Virus record (IMG/VR): IMGVR_UViG_3300043419_000898
Location: 1-64,000 of that record
Source: a virus
Length of the DNA stretch: 64,000 nucleotides
Direction: 5' to 3' (one strand)
Shown here: in pieces, positions 19,489 to 29,183 of the stretch
How positions within the stretch are numbered: the stretch's first letter is position 1
Layout of the letters: the number at the start of each line of letters is the position of its first letter
Translations under genes and position numbers: made by a program
Notes under the pieces: model-generated
Told to the model about the DNA's origin: nothing
What the model saw: only the letters and a program-made list of their open reading frames with translations
Databases searched by the model: none

Positions 19489-21512
19489 TACCGTCTCCTA
19501 ACCCTTAGCATCATAGGTCCATGTATAGCAGTATCAGCACCGCCATTATTGCGCCTTGCGTATACCTTGTAATCGCCAGCCGTAGTAGTCACTACAGTAT
19601 CGAGAATAAACGTCATCTCACCGTTTGACTCATACTGAATTGTCGGCGTATAGGTAGATATAAGGTTCCCAGATGAGTACACCTCTACGGTACACGTAGC
19701 GGCTCCTATAGGCACTGCTGTGTTGTACGTATCAACTATCTGCAACTTTACAGTTGTTGATGTACCTTGGATGATATCTAGTTCACCGTTTGCACCGAGT
19801 TGGTCAGATATCAACTTGTAGCCGGGAGTACTGATAAGCATAGATGCTTGGTCAAACTCTACGGTCACATATGCACCGTTAGTGCCAGATGCACCCTTGA
19901 TAGTAAACGATGCTGTAGTAGTGTTGGCGGCTATCATCGCATTAGGAATATCGAACCTATAAAGTCCCGGCATCCTAACTGCATCTACTTCACAGAAGCC
20001 ACCAGATACCCACGCTCCAGTTGGTGTCTGAGCAACCAGCGGTACGGTCACTGTAGCACTGTTGTTTCTGACGTAGTAGCAAACTAAGTTAGGCGTGTCG
20101 AATGATATGCCCGTAACACCTAGGAAGACATAAGTTGACTGACTTTGCGAACCGGGTGTAGTCCTGAATGTCGTTGTCTGTCGTTCTGATGGTATGTACT
20201 GTCCAATAGTAGATAGGTCAACTCTGTTAGCCATACCGACAGTTGGTGCGGAACCAGTTGGATATGCAGTGCCAAACGCATCTGTTGTGTATCTAAATCT
20301 ACGATGCTGGATAGTTCCAGCAGTGGATGGAGTAAGACCAGTACAAGTGAAGGATGTAGTTCCGGTGACTGTTGCTACAGTGTATGTTTGCAGAGCAGTG
20401 ATGTTGCCGAGTGTAGTCAAGAATTGAATCTTGTCACCAACAACATAGACGTTTCCACCAAGCGGAATTTCGGCAGAACCAGCAGTGATTCCAACAGATA
20501 GAGAGTTTGGAGTGCCGGATGAGATGAGGTTACTACCAAGGCGTGGTGCATACCAGTCGTTTACACCAAGACCAAATAGTCGTTCCATACCGTGAGATAG
20601 TGTTGGGTTACATATAACATTATTACTACCTACCGCTGTATTGAGTGCTACATTTGCGTAACCACTTTGAATCATACTTGATTTGTTGTAATCCGCATAA
20701 ATAGCATTAGCGATATTTGCTTGACAGTAGTTAAATGTAATCTGTTGTGCGTAGTTGTTGTAGTATTTTGCTTGCAATGTTGCATCAGTTACACCGGACA
20801 CTTCTAAGCACCTGTGTACTTGGTGAAACGTATTATTAAATACAAGCGTATTTGCAGGAGTATATCCAGTTAAGAATATTGCCCCGTTTCCAGCACCATT
20901 TGCGTTTCCACCACCGGTGAAATAATTGTTGGCAATGACTGTATTTGACTCTATTGCTGATGAGCCAGCATGAGTAACTTGTAATATCACACTACCTACA
21001 GCCGTCCTGCATAAGACTATGTTGTCAGTGAAAATAAAATTTAATGCCACATTGTTTGGGCTGCCGATAGTGCCAACATTACTCCAACAAATAAATGCAC
21101 ATTGGTCTACAATCCAGTTTGTACAAGTAGTTGCACTAAAACCGGTGTTCCAGTTTTCAAACAACAACTTACGAAAAGTTAAAAAGTTCTTTGATGTAGC
21201 AGTAAGAGCAGTTCCACTATAGTTAACTTGTGCGTTATCAGCCGCCGTAGATGTAATACGGACTACACCCGGTGTGATGTCGCTAAACTGAGTACACGTA
21301 GGGTCACCAAGTATGTTTGTCTGAACAGTAGCCGAAATCATAGCGACAGTCAACGTCTCGTTGTATCGACCCGGTGCAATGTAAACCGTATCACCGGACG
21401 AGATACCAGCCGCTCCTAGTGCCTTCTGTATAGTCTGCCAAGCCTGAAGCCGACCGGGTCCTAAACCAGTGTTAGCATCACTACCATCGTTACGGACATA
21501 GTATGTAGGCAT
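19488..21512 (-). CDS. Beta-helix appendage protein, paralog 6 (extra ~70-aa inserted domain)
   Basis: MPTYYVRNDG..IAPGRYNE and GLYRFDIP; longer than its siblings. Confidence 0.8.
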   Translation of the reverse strand: MPTYYVRNDGSDANTGLGPGRLQAWQTIQKALGAAGISSGDTVYIAPGRYNETLTVAMISATVQTNILGDPTCTQFSDITPGVVRITSTAADNAQVNYSGTALTATSKNFLTFRKLLFENWNTGFSATTCTNWIVDQCAFICWSNVGTIGSPNNVALNFIFTDNIVLCRTAVGSVILQVTHAGSSAIESNTVIANNYFTGGGNANGAGNGAIFLTGYTPANTLVFNNTFHQVHRCLEVSGVTDATLQAKYYNNYAQQITFNYCQANIANAIYADYNKSSMIQSGYANVALNTAVGSNNVICNPTLSHGMERLFGLGVNDWYAPRLGSNLISSGTPNSLSVGITAGSAEIPLGGNVYVVGDKIQFLTTLGNITALQTYTVATVTGTTSFTCTGLTPSTAGTIQHRRFRYTTDAFGTAYPTGSAPTVGMANRVDLSTIGQYIPSERQTTTFRTTPGSQSQSTYVFLGVTGISFDTPNLVCYYVRNNSATVTVPLVAQTPTGAWVSGGFCEVDAVRMPGLYRFDIPNAMIAANTTTASFTIKGASGTNGAYVTVEFDQASMLISTPGYKLISDQLGANGELDIIQGTSTTVKLQIVDTYNTAVPIGAATCTVEVYSSGNLISTYTPTIQYESNGEMTFILDTVVTTTAGDYKVYARRNNGGADTAIHGPMMLRVRRR

Positions 21513-23374
21513 TACAGTCTCCTAACCTTCAAAGCAAGCGGTCCATAAACAACACTATCTGAAGCACCAGCAGAGCGTACACAGTAAACATTGTAGTCGC
21601 CAGCAGTAGCCGTTACAGTGCTTGTAAGAACAAACGACAACTCACCGTTACCAGCATACTGAACAACCGGCGTATATGTTGCTACTAAGTTGTTGTTGCT
21701 ATTGTAGACTTGCACAGAACATGTTGCAGTACCAATATTGACTGGAACATCATACATATCCAACAACTGAATCTTAGTGGTTACCGTAGAGTTCTGATTG
21801 AGTTCAAGAATGCCGTTGTTTCCACTGTCTTCTGAGTACAACTTAAACTCATTGGTTGATACTAGTGATGATGTTGCTGGATTCTCGATGTTGACGTTTA
21901 CGAATGCACCATTGAAAGCGTTAGCACCACGTAGCATGATAGACGCTGATTTAGCACCAGCAAGCATCACGTCGTTAGGGATGTCGAACTTATAAACACC
22001 GGGCATTGTTGTTGATGACACTTCGAACAAGCCACCAGATACCCAAGTAGAAGCGTTACCAGCAACTAGTGGGACGTATACGGTAGCACCATTGTCACGA
22101 GCGTAGTAGCACGTCAAGTTAGGCGTTTGATAGTTTACGCCAGTGGAACCTAGGTAGACGTGTACTGAGACTCCAGTGGAGCCTGATGTGACTGTGATTG
22201 TTTGGATTGCTCTGTCTAGAGGTACGTAGCCAGCAGTTGATGGGATAGTAGATACTTGCCTGTTATCCATATATCCAATAGTCGGATTTGCTTGATTCCA
22301 AATATTGTTACTGAAATCATATGTAGGCGTACTGAAATTACCAAATGTTGTATTCGCACCAGCACCAATTATCGCAGAACCAAGTAAAGGTGTGTATGGT
22401 AAGTATTGATATACACTCTCCTTGTATCCTTCTTGTATATCAACTGGCATCGAGTTCAATGTTACGTTTCCAGTACCGGGTCCAAAACTGTTATTACTTA
22501 AAACAAATCCTGCATTATATGATTGCTGAACTTGATTACTAAAGTCATTTGTAAATGTGTTTGTGACCGGAACACTTAATATTAAACAGTTCGTAACCGT
22601 CATGGCTGGTCTACCACTCCATGCGTTGCAAGCAAAAATATAATTAGGTTGATTTCTGCCGGGGGCAAGTGTACAGTTCCAATAGTTTGACATATATGTG
22701 TTATTGGAATTGGCTTTACTTGCTTGAAGATGATAGAAATTTGTAACAGTACCACCAGAGTTAGTGTGTGATGCTCTATCTGCATTTATACATGCAGTCA
22801 TAAAACATGATGCAAATAAAACAGTACAAGCAACAGGGTAGTTTGCATTATTGAAATATGCTGGAAATTCAAATAAAGAACAACGCCTAAACGAAACCGT
22901 CATAACTGGGCTTTCATTAATTTGTGTAAATGACGATTCCTTACAACCAGCATACACAACGCAATCATCAAAAAATACGGACGGACTACTAGTAAATGTC
23001 ATCCACCCGTCAAATCTAAGATTCCTGAACGTATAGAATCCCTTTGAAGAAAGCGTCAATACTGCGCCAGATGGAGCAGTGGCGTCATTCGTCAAGTTAT
23101 TACTTATTCTGACAACACCGGCAGTGAGACCCGTTCCCCACGCAACTTGAGTTAGTGATGCATCACCACGAACATCAATATTCAATGACTGCAATGTAAT
23201 AGTCGGAGATACATTCTCTCGATACACACCCGGTGCAATCCAAACTGTATCTCCGCCAACTGCTACAGATAACGCTTTGTTGACAGTCCTAAATGCACCA
23301 GTGCCACTCGCATTAGTAGGTGCTAATCCTGTATTAGTATCGTTGCCATCAGGTCTTACATAATATGTAGGCAT
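21512..23374 (-). CDS. Beta-helix appendage protein, paralog 5
   Basis: MPTYYVRPDGND..IAPGVYRE and GVYKFDIP. Confidence 0.8.
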   Translation of the reverse strand: MPTYYVRPDGNDTNTGLAPTNASGTGAFRTVNKALSVAVGGDTVWIAPGVYRENVSPTITLQSLNIDVRGDASLTQVAWGTGLTAGVVRISNNLTNDATAPSGAVLTLSSKGFYTFRNLRFDGWMTFTSSPSVFFDDCVVYAGCKESSFTQINESPVMTVSFRRCSLFEFPAYFNNANYPVACTVLFASCFMTACINADRASHTNSGGTVTNFYHLQASKANSNNTYMSNYWNCTLAPGRNQPNYIFACNAWSGRPAMTVTNCLILSVPVTNTFTNDFSNQVQQSYNAGFVLSNNSFGPGTGNVTLNSMPVDIQEGYKESVYQYLPYTPLLGSAIIGAGANTTFGNFSTPTYDFSNNIWNQANPTIGYMDNRQVSTIPSTAGYVPLDRAIQTITVTSGSTGVSVHVYLGSTGVNYQTPNLTCYYARDNGATVYVPLVAGNASTWVSGGLFEVSSTTMPGVYKFDIPNDVMLAGAKSASIMLRGANAFNGAFVNVNIENPATSSLVSTNEFKLYSEDSGNNGILELNQNSTVTTKIQLLDMYDVPVNIGTATCSVQVYNSNNNLVATYTPVVQYAGNGELSFVLTSTVTATAGDYNVYCVRSAGASDSVVYGPLALKVRRL

Positions 23375-25272
23375 TAGAGATTATTTACCTTTACAGCAAG
23401 CGGTCCAAATACGGCTCTGTCGGTAGTACCACCAGCACGTATTGCATACACGTTGTAGTTACCAGCCGTATTCGTAACAGTGCCGTCAATCACAAAGGTT
23501 ACCGCACCGTTTGACGCATACTGCACAGTCGGCGTGTACGAACCTATCAGCACGTTAGCAGAAGAGTAAACTTCAACGGACATCGTTGATGAACCAATGT
23601 TTACGGCAGTTCCGTTAGTATCTGCTATCTGACACTTGATTGTTGTTACTGTTCCTTTATTGACTGTAAGTACACCATCAGAACCAGCATATTCAGACAA
23701 CAACTTGTACCCAGTTGTAGATAAGTAAGCCGACTGAGCCGGTTGCTTGATATTGATGTTGACATACGCTCCGTTGAACGCATTAGCACCACGCAGCATT
23801 ATGGATGCAGTAGACGCACCAGAAGATATGACTTCGTTAGGTATGTCGAACTTGTATACACCGGGCATCGTTACGGCAGATACTTCGTAGAGGCTACCAG
23901 AGACCCATGTAGAGGCGTTACCAGCAACTAGCGGTATGTTTACCGATGTGCCGTTATTACGTGCGTAGTAACAAGTAAGGTTAGGTGTCTGGAAGGTTAC
24001 TCCGGTGGAGCCTAGGTAGACGTGTACTGACTTGCCGGTTTCAGCCGCTGTGACCGTGACTGTTTGGATAGAACGGTCTAAAGGTACGTAGCCACCTGCT
24101 CCCGGTACAGTTGCTATAACCCTGTTATCCATATACCCAACAGTTGGGTTAAGTTGATTCCACAGATTGTTAGAAAAGTCAGTTGTTGGTGTTGTCCATG
24201 TTGTCGTACCAACTGTTACGGACTGTGTACCAGCACCTATGACTGGACTAGCCGGTAGTGGTGTATGTGGTACGTAGTTAAATACACCTTGACTGTATCC
24301 GTCATTTATGTCTATTGGTGCATATTGAAGTGTGACAGAGTTAGCACCAGATGCAACACTAGACCGGGTTATGTTGATACCGTAATTGTAATTCTCAACA
24401 ATTCCTGAAGCCACAGACCTAAATGTAGCAGTAGTTGCAGTAGCAAGTATTAGGCAGTTGATTACTATGAAATTACCTGTCGTCCCACCAACGTTGTCAT
24501 TCCATATGTACGAAGGAGTTGTGCGCCCCGGTAAAACAGTGCAGTTAAAGAAACGTACATGCGTAGTTCCCTGAGCACCTGCACCAGCCTCCATACTCCA
24601 ATAAAAAGTACCAAGTACTGCTGGGCTTTCACAGACATAAAACAAGCAATCTACAAAAGACAGACGTTCATCAACACTTACATTTAACTGCGCACGACCA
24701 AATCTCATAGGCACGTTACTGAACGTACATCGAAGGAATTCTATATTCCAAACATACCGGTCACCCAGATTGCTATATCCAAAAAATTCAGTAAGTTGAC
24801 CATTCCCAGCAAACTGACAATCAGTAAATCTATGTCCTGAACCACGAGTGTTATCAGTCGTATCCCAAAATGCTACACATCTAAATGAGCCATCTATGCG
24901 TATCTTTGAGAAGTCATAAAACCTTCTAAGTGTTGCATAGTTAGTACCTAAGTCTAATGTAACACCGGAAGGAGTTGATGAGTCGTTTGTTAGTTGGTTC
25001 GTAAGCCTAATCACACCAACGGTCAACCCAGAACCCCAAGGAACTTGAGTAAGCGTCGGGTCGCCTTTGACATATATGTAAGTGTTTTGAGCCGCAGTTG
25101 TAGGATAAACATTCTCCCTATACGTACCGGGAGCAATCCAAACCGTATCACCGCCAACCGCTACACTAAGTGCCTTGTTGACAGTCCTAAACGAACCAGT
25201 ACCAGCGGCGTTAGTTGGAGCAGTGCCGACGTTTAGGTCGTTGCCGTCTGGTCTTACATAGTAAGTAGGCAT
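23374..25272 (-). CDS. Beta-helix appendage protein, paralog 4
   Basis: N- and C-terminal modules very close to paralog 5, different core. Confidence 0.8.
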   Translation of the reverse strand: MPTYYVRPDGNDLNVGTAPTNAAGTGSFRTVNKALSVAVGGDTVWIAPGTYRENVYPTTAAQNTYIYVKGDPTLTQVPWGSGLTVGVIRLTNQLTNDSSTPSGVTLDLGTNYATLRRFYDFSKIRIDGSFRCVAFWDTTDNTRGSGHRFTDCQFAGNGQLTEFFGYSNLGDRYVWNIEFLRCTFSNVPMRFGRAQLNVSVDERLSFVDCLFYVCESPAVLGTFYWSMEAGAGAQGTTHVRFFNCTVLPGRTTPSYIWNDNVGGTTGNFIVINCLILATATTATFRSVASGIVENYNYGINITRSSVASGANSVTLQYAPIDINDGYSQGVFNYVPHTPLPASPVIGAGTQSVTVGTTTWTTPTTDFSNNLWNQLNPTVGYMDNRVIATVPGAGGYVPLDRSIQTVTVTAAETGKSVHVYLGSTGVTFQTPNLTCYYARNNGTSVNIPLVAGNASTWVSGSLYEVSAVTMPGVYKFDIPNEVISSGASTASIMLRGANAFNGAYVNINIKQPAQSAYLSTTGYKLLSEYAGSDGVLTVNKGTVTTIKCQIADTNGTAVNIGSSTMSVEVYSSANVLIGSYTPTVQYASNGAVTFVIDGTVTNTAGNYNVYAIRAGGTTDRAVFGPLAVKVNNL

Positions 25273-25273
25273 A

Positions 25274-25564
25274 CTAACCCTCCTGCGGTGGAACTGGGTT
25301 CAGGATAGCGTCAGCCATATGTTGAAGGAACATATCAACCCAGCCTGACTGCTTGTCCAATGGTTGTGTAGTAAAGAACTGAAACAACGAAGTACCTTGT
25401 GGCACTCCTTCAGCGTCTGGATTGTTGAATGTCCCTAAGATGTAGGCAGGGTCAGGATTTTGCGGGTCGTAAAACTCGCTGACAATATCTCCAAACACTT
25501 TCCAGTCGTTTGTTTCTGGTACGTGTTCTTTTCGGATGTTTGCGAAACTGTTATTGAGACCCAT
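25274..25564 (-). CDS. Small acidic partner protein (divergent)
   Basis: NIRKE..NDWKVFGDI..ILGTF..GTSLFQFF. Confidence 0.75.
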   Translation of the reverse strand: MGLNNSFANIRKEHVPETNDWKVFGDIVSEFYDPQNPDPAYILGTFNNPDAEGVPQGTSLFQFFTTQPLDKQSGWVDMFLQHMADAILNPVPPQEG

Positions 25565-25581
25565 AGTAATTTAGTCTAACC

Positions 25582-27360
25582 TTATGGCGATAACACTTCA
25601 AGTTTCATACGACCAAAGACGTTTATCTCAGAACCTATCTGCCGTGAAATATTGATGGTGTACATACCAACAACATTAGTCACCGTAGCGTCTATAGCAA
25701 ACGAGTATCTGCCGTCTTCAGCGTATTTAGCAGTACAAGGGTACGAGTCAACCAAGAAGCCAGCACTGTTGTAAGCATTAGCAGTAACGACTGTGCCTGT
25801 ACCATCTACGCCTGTGCCGTACTGGTCAACCATCTTGAAGTCGATTGAGTGGATAGAACCCTTGAACAGTTTGAGGCGTTCGTCTGTGAGTACACCATCT
25901 GCTTGTACGGTAAATGGACCCATACGTACTTGTGAACCAAGGATAGGTGGTTCTTGAATAACAACAACTGCACCGTTAGTTCCTGATGCACCTCTAACCG
26001 TAACCACTGTCTGGGTGTATGCGGCAGATATTGCTGCGTTAGGTATGTCTAGTCGATACACGCCGGGTTGATTAGCCGCACTGACTTCTGCAAAACCTCC
26101 GGATACCCATGCGCCTGTTGTTGTTTGTGCTACTAGTGCAATAGATACTGGAGCGGCATCTTCCTTAGTGTAATAGGCTTGAAGACCGGCGGTTGTAGCA
26201 GTAAGACCTGTAGCACCTAAATATAGGTAGAGTGAGCGGGATGTTGAGCCAGCGGTGATACTGATTTGGGTAGTTTCATCTAAGTTAGGTAAGTATGTAC
26301 CGATACCTGTGAGTGTTCTGTATTTTGCAACTCCAATATCAGGATTAGTGCCCCATGCTTGACCATACATATCGACAGTTGGTGCACCTGAAAGCAATCC
26401 AGCAAGAGCATTGGGGCTGTTAAATGTATTTCCAAATATCTGTACTGGACCATAGCCTTGAAGTAGGCTTTGACCAAAATCCAGACCAGACCATGATGCA
26501 ACTGTTGTATTTGCACCTTGAGCCACATTTAGTCTATTATTAACACCGTAAACACGGTTAAAGTTTTCGGTTACACCTAAGTTTAGGTTAGATTGAAACG
26601 CATATGTGCCTGTTGCATAAATTAGACAATTGTAAATATTTATAACTCCTGAGCCTGAAATATGAGCCTGCGAAGTCCTAAATGGTGTTGAACCCATTAG
26701 TACACAGTTATAAATATTCACACCCGACAAAAGATAAGGATTGTATCCAGTATTTTGGTCTGTAAGAAAAATTGCGTTTTCACCTGTTAGGACACAATCA
26801 CTTAAAGCAAAACCAACATTTTGTGCTGACCCTAAATTCCTATAGTTGTATTGAATCCCGTTCACTGTCCCAGTGAAAACACTTTGCTTGACAACTGTAT
26901 TGAAGTTTGAATTGGTAGTACCGCTAAACGTAAATGCCGATGTTGTTGCCGATGTACTAAAACATAAACACCTTTCAACCGTTAAATTAGTACTAGTTGC
27001 TATGTTTAATCCACCAATAATTAAGTCTCTGAATGTCAGGTTATTCTTACTTGTTCCAGTAATAGCGTCGGATGTTGACACAGTGTTGTCATTAATCGCT
27101 GGGGTAATTCTAACTTCACCTGCCGATACACCAACAAACTGTGAAGCAGTTGGGTTACCGTAGATATTCGTCGCTGATGCGTACGTGCCACCAATCGTAA
27201 CTGTTTCCCTATACGTACCCGGTGCTATCCACAACGTGTCCCCACTAGTTATGCCACTTGCACTTAGTGCTTTTGCTATAGTTCGCCACGCTGTAGATGC
27301 AGTTGAACCTAAGCCCGTATTAGCGTCGTTGCCATCCGGTCTTACATAATACGTAGCCAT
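25582..27360 (-). CDS. Beta-helix appendage protein, paralog 3
   Basis: MATYYVRPDGNDANTG..IAPGTYRE and GVYRLDIP. Confidence 0.8.
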   Translation of the reverse strand: MATYYVRPDGNDANTGLGSTASTAWRTIAKALSASGITSGDTLWIAPGTYRETVTIGGTYASATNIYGNPTASQFVGVSAGEVRITPAINDNTVSTSDAITGTSKNNLTFRDLIIGGLNIATSTNLTVERCLCFSTSATTSAFTFSGTTNSNFNTVVKQSVFTGTVNGIQYNYRNLGSAQNVGFALSDCVLTGENAIFLTDQNTGYNPYLLSGVNIYNCVLMGSTPFRTSQAHISGSGVINIYNCLIYATGTYAFQSNLNLGVTENFNRVYGVNNRLNVAQGANTTVASWSGLDFGQSLLQGYGPVQIFGNTFNSPNALAGLLSGAPTVDMYGQAWGTNPDIGVAKYRTLTGIGTYLPNLDETTQISITAGSTSRSLYLYLGATGLTATTAGLQAYYTKEDAAPVSIALVAQTTTGAWVSGGFAEVSAANQPGVYRLDIPNAAISAAYTQTVVTVRGASGTNGAVVVIQEPPILGSQVRMGPFTVQADGVLTDERLKLFKGSIHSIDFKMVDQYGTGVDGTGTVVTANAYNSAGFLVDSYPCTAKYAEDGRYSFAIDATVTNVVGMYTINISRQIGSEINVFGRMKLEVLSP

Positions 27361-29183
27361 CAGTTAGCCCTCACCAAACATCTCAGCGGTCCAAACACAA
27401 CTATATTCCCACCAACCTGACGTGTAACAGTCACCGTATAGTGACCACTATTATCCGTTACCGTCGTATCCAAGTTGAACGAACAACGACCATCTAACGC
27501 ATAGGTTGGAGTACAAGTATACGTGTCTATCAACTGACTAGACGCATTGTAGATTTTAGCAGTAACACTAGCACCAGTAATATCTACACCACCACCGCTA
27601 TTATCAACCAACTGAAGGTCTACAGGTGCTTGTACGCCTTTGAGTACTTCTAGTGGGTTGTCTGCACCCATATGGTTGGATATCAGTTTGTATGGACCCA
27701 TGTAGATTTGACTGCCACGTTCCGGTGGGTCTTGGATGGTTACGACTGCACCGTTTGTTCCAGATGCTCCTCTGACGGTCACGACTGTTTGGTTGTATCC
27801 AGCGGATATAGCGGCATCTGGAATATCAAGTCTATAGATACCCGGCTGATTGATAGCACTGACTTCAGCAAATCCACCTGCTACCCATGCACCCGTTGGA
27901 GTCTGAGCGACTAGCGGTATTGATACTGGAATGCCGTCTTCTTTAGTGTAGTAGGCTTGTAATCCAGTTGTTGAAGTTGTTAAACCAGTAACGCCTAAGT
28001 AGACGTAGATTGAGCGTGATGTAGAACCCGCTTGCATAGACATAACAGAAGCGTTGCGTTCGGTTGGTTGGTAATAACTTGTGCCAGTCAACTGGATTGA
28101 TGTAAGTGCGCCTGCATCTGGGTCGGCTCCACCGTTGAACCAAGTCTGTCCAAATAGGTCTGTTGTCAACGCTCCAGTCGGGTCACCGAAGCCTATGTTA
28201 AGACTTCCCGGTAAAGCACTAAACCACGTCTGCTTTGCTGACAAACCGAACAATTGAGACATTCCAATATCAACCATAACAGGACCAACCGTGACGGTAT
28301 TTGCACCAGTCGCCACACTACTAAGACTAGCCGTGCAACCTATGATGCGATTGTAGTCTTGAATATTCACTGTTGATGAACGTCCAGCAATACCTGTACC
28401 ACAGTTAGTAATGATGCAGTTTTGTACGTTAGTAGGGTATGTTGGATTACCACAATCAAAATTTATACCAATCACTGCTGATTGAATATAGCAGTTGTAG
28501 ATATTGATTCCACCCGCTAGTAATCCTGCTCCTGTAGTTCGATAAAAACCTATTGCAGGAGTACTTGCAGTAACAGGGGAAGTGCCAACGAAAGCACAGT
28601 CTTGAATTGTATACCCTAGAGACCAATCAGATGTATGATTTCCACCTACATCGGCATATATACCAGTACCACCAGTCATAAAAATACATCGTCTTACTGT
28701 ATTGTTTACAGTAATACCGGTATTGAATGAACTAACAATACCTTTTGATAATGTAAGGCTTGAACCAATAAATGCACAATTTTCAATAAGCCAATTAGTG
28801 CCAGCAAAGTTAGACAATATCGTTGCCGACCCATCAAAATACAAATAACTTATATTTATATAGTTTTTTCCACTACCAGAAATAATTGACCCAGATGGCG
28901 ATGCAGTATCCGTTGTCAAGTAATTTGTGAGGCGGACAAGACCTTGTGGAACATTTGCAAACCGTGCTGCGGTCGGGTCTCCGATAATGTATGTAGCCGC
29001 TGTATACGTTCCACCTATCGTGATGTTTTCACGATACGTTCCCGGTGCGATGTAAACAGTATCGCCTGAACCAATACCAGTTGTACCAAGTGCCTTTTGA
29101 ACTGTTCTCCACGCCTGAGCCGCACTGCTACCTAAACCCGTATTAGCGTCGTTCCCGTCAGGTCGAACATAGTAGGTAGCCAT
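27360..29183 (-). CDS. Beta-helix appendage protein, paralog 2
   Basis: MATYYVRPDGNDANTG..IAPGTYRE and GIYRLDIP. Confidence 0.8.
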   Translation of the reverse strand: MATYYVRPDGNDANTGLGSSAAQAWRTVQKALGTTGIGSGDTVYIAPGTYRENITIGGTYTAATYIIGDPTAARFANVPQGLVRLTNYLTTDTASPSGSIISGSGKNYINISYLYFDGSATILSNFAGTNWLIENCAFIGSSLTLSKGIVSSFNTGITVNNTVRRCIFMTGGTGIYADVGGNHTSDWSLGYTIQDCAFVGTSPVTASTPAIGFYRTTGAGLLAGGINIYNCYIQSAVIGINFDCGNPTYPTNVQNCIITNCGTGIAGRSSTVNIQDYNRIIGCTASLSSVATGANTVTVGPVMVDIGMSQLFGLSAKQTWFSALPGSLNIGFGDPTGALTTDLFGQTWFNGGADPDAGALTSIQLTGTSYYQPTERNASVMSMQAGSTSRSIYVYLGVTGLTTSTTGLQAYYTKEDGIPVSIPLVAQTPTGAWVAGGFAEVSAINQPGIYRLDIPDAAISAGYNQTVVTVRGASGTNGAVVTIQDPPERGSQIYMGPYKLISNHMGADNPLEVLKGVQAPVDLQLVDNSGGGVDITGASVTAKIYNASSQLIDTYTCTPTYALDGRCSFNLDTTVTDNSGHYTVTVTRQVGGNIVVFGPLRCLVRAN

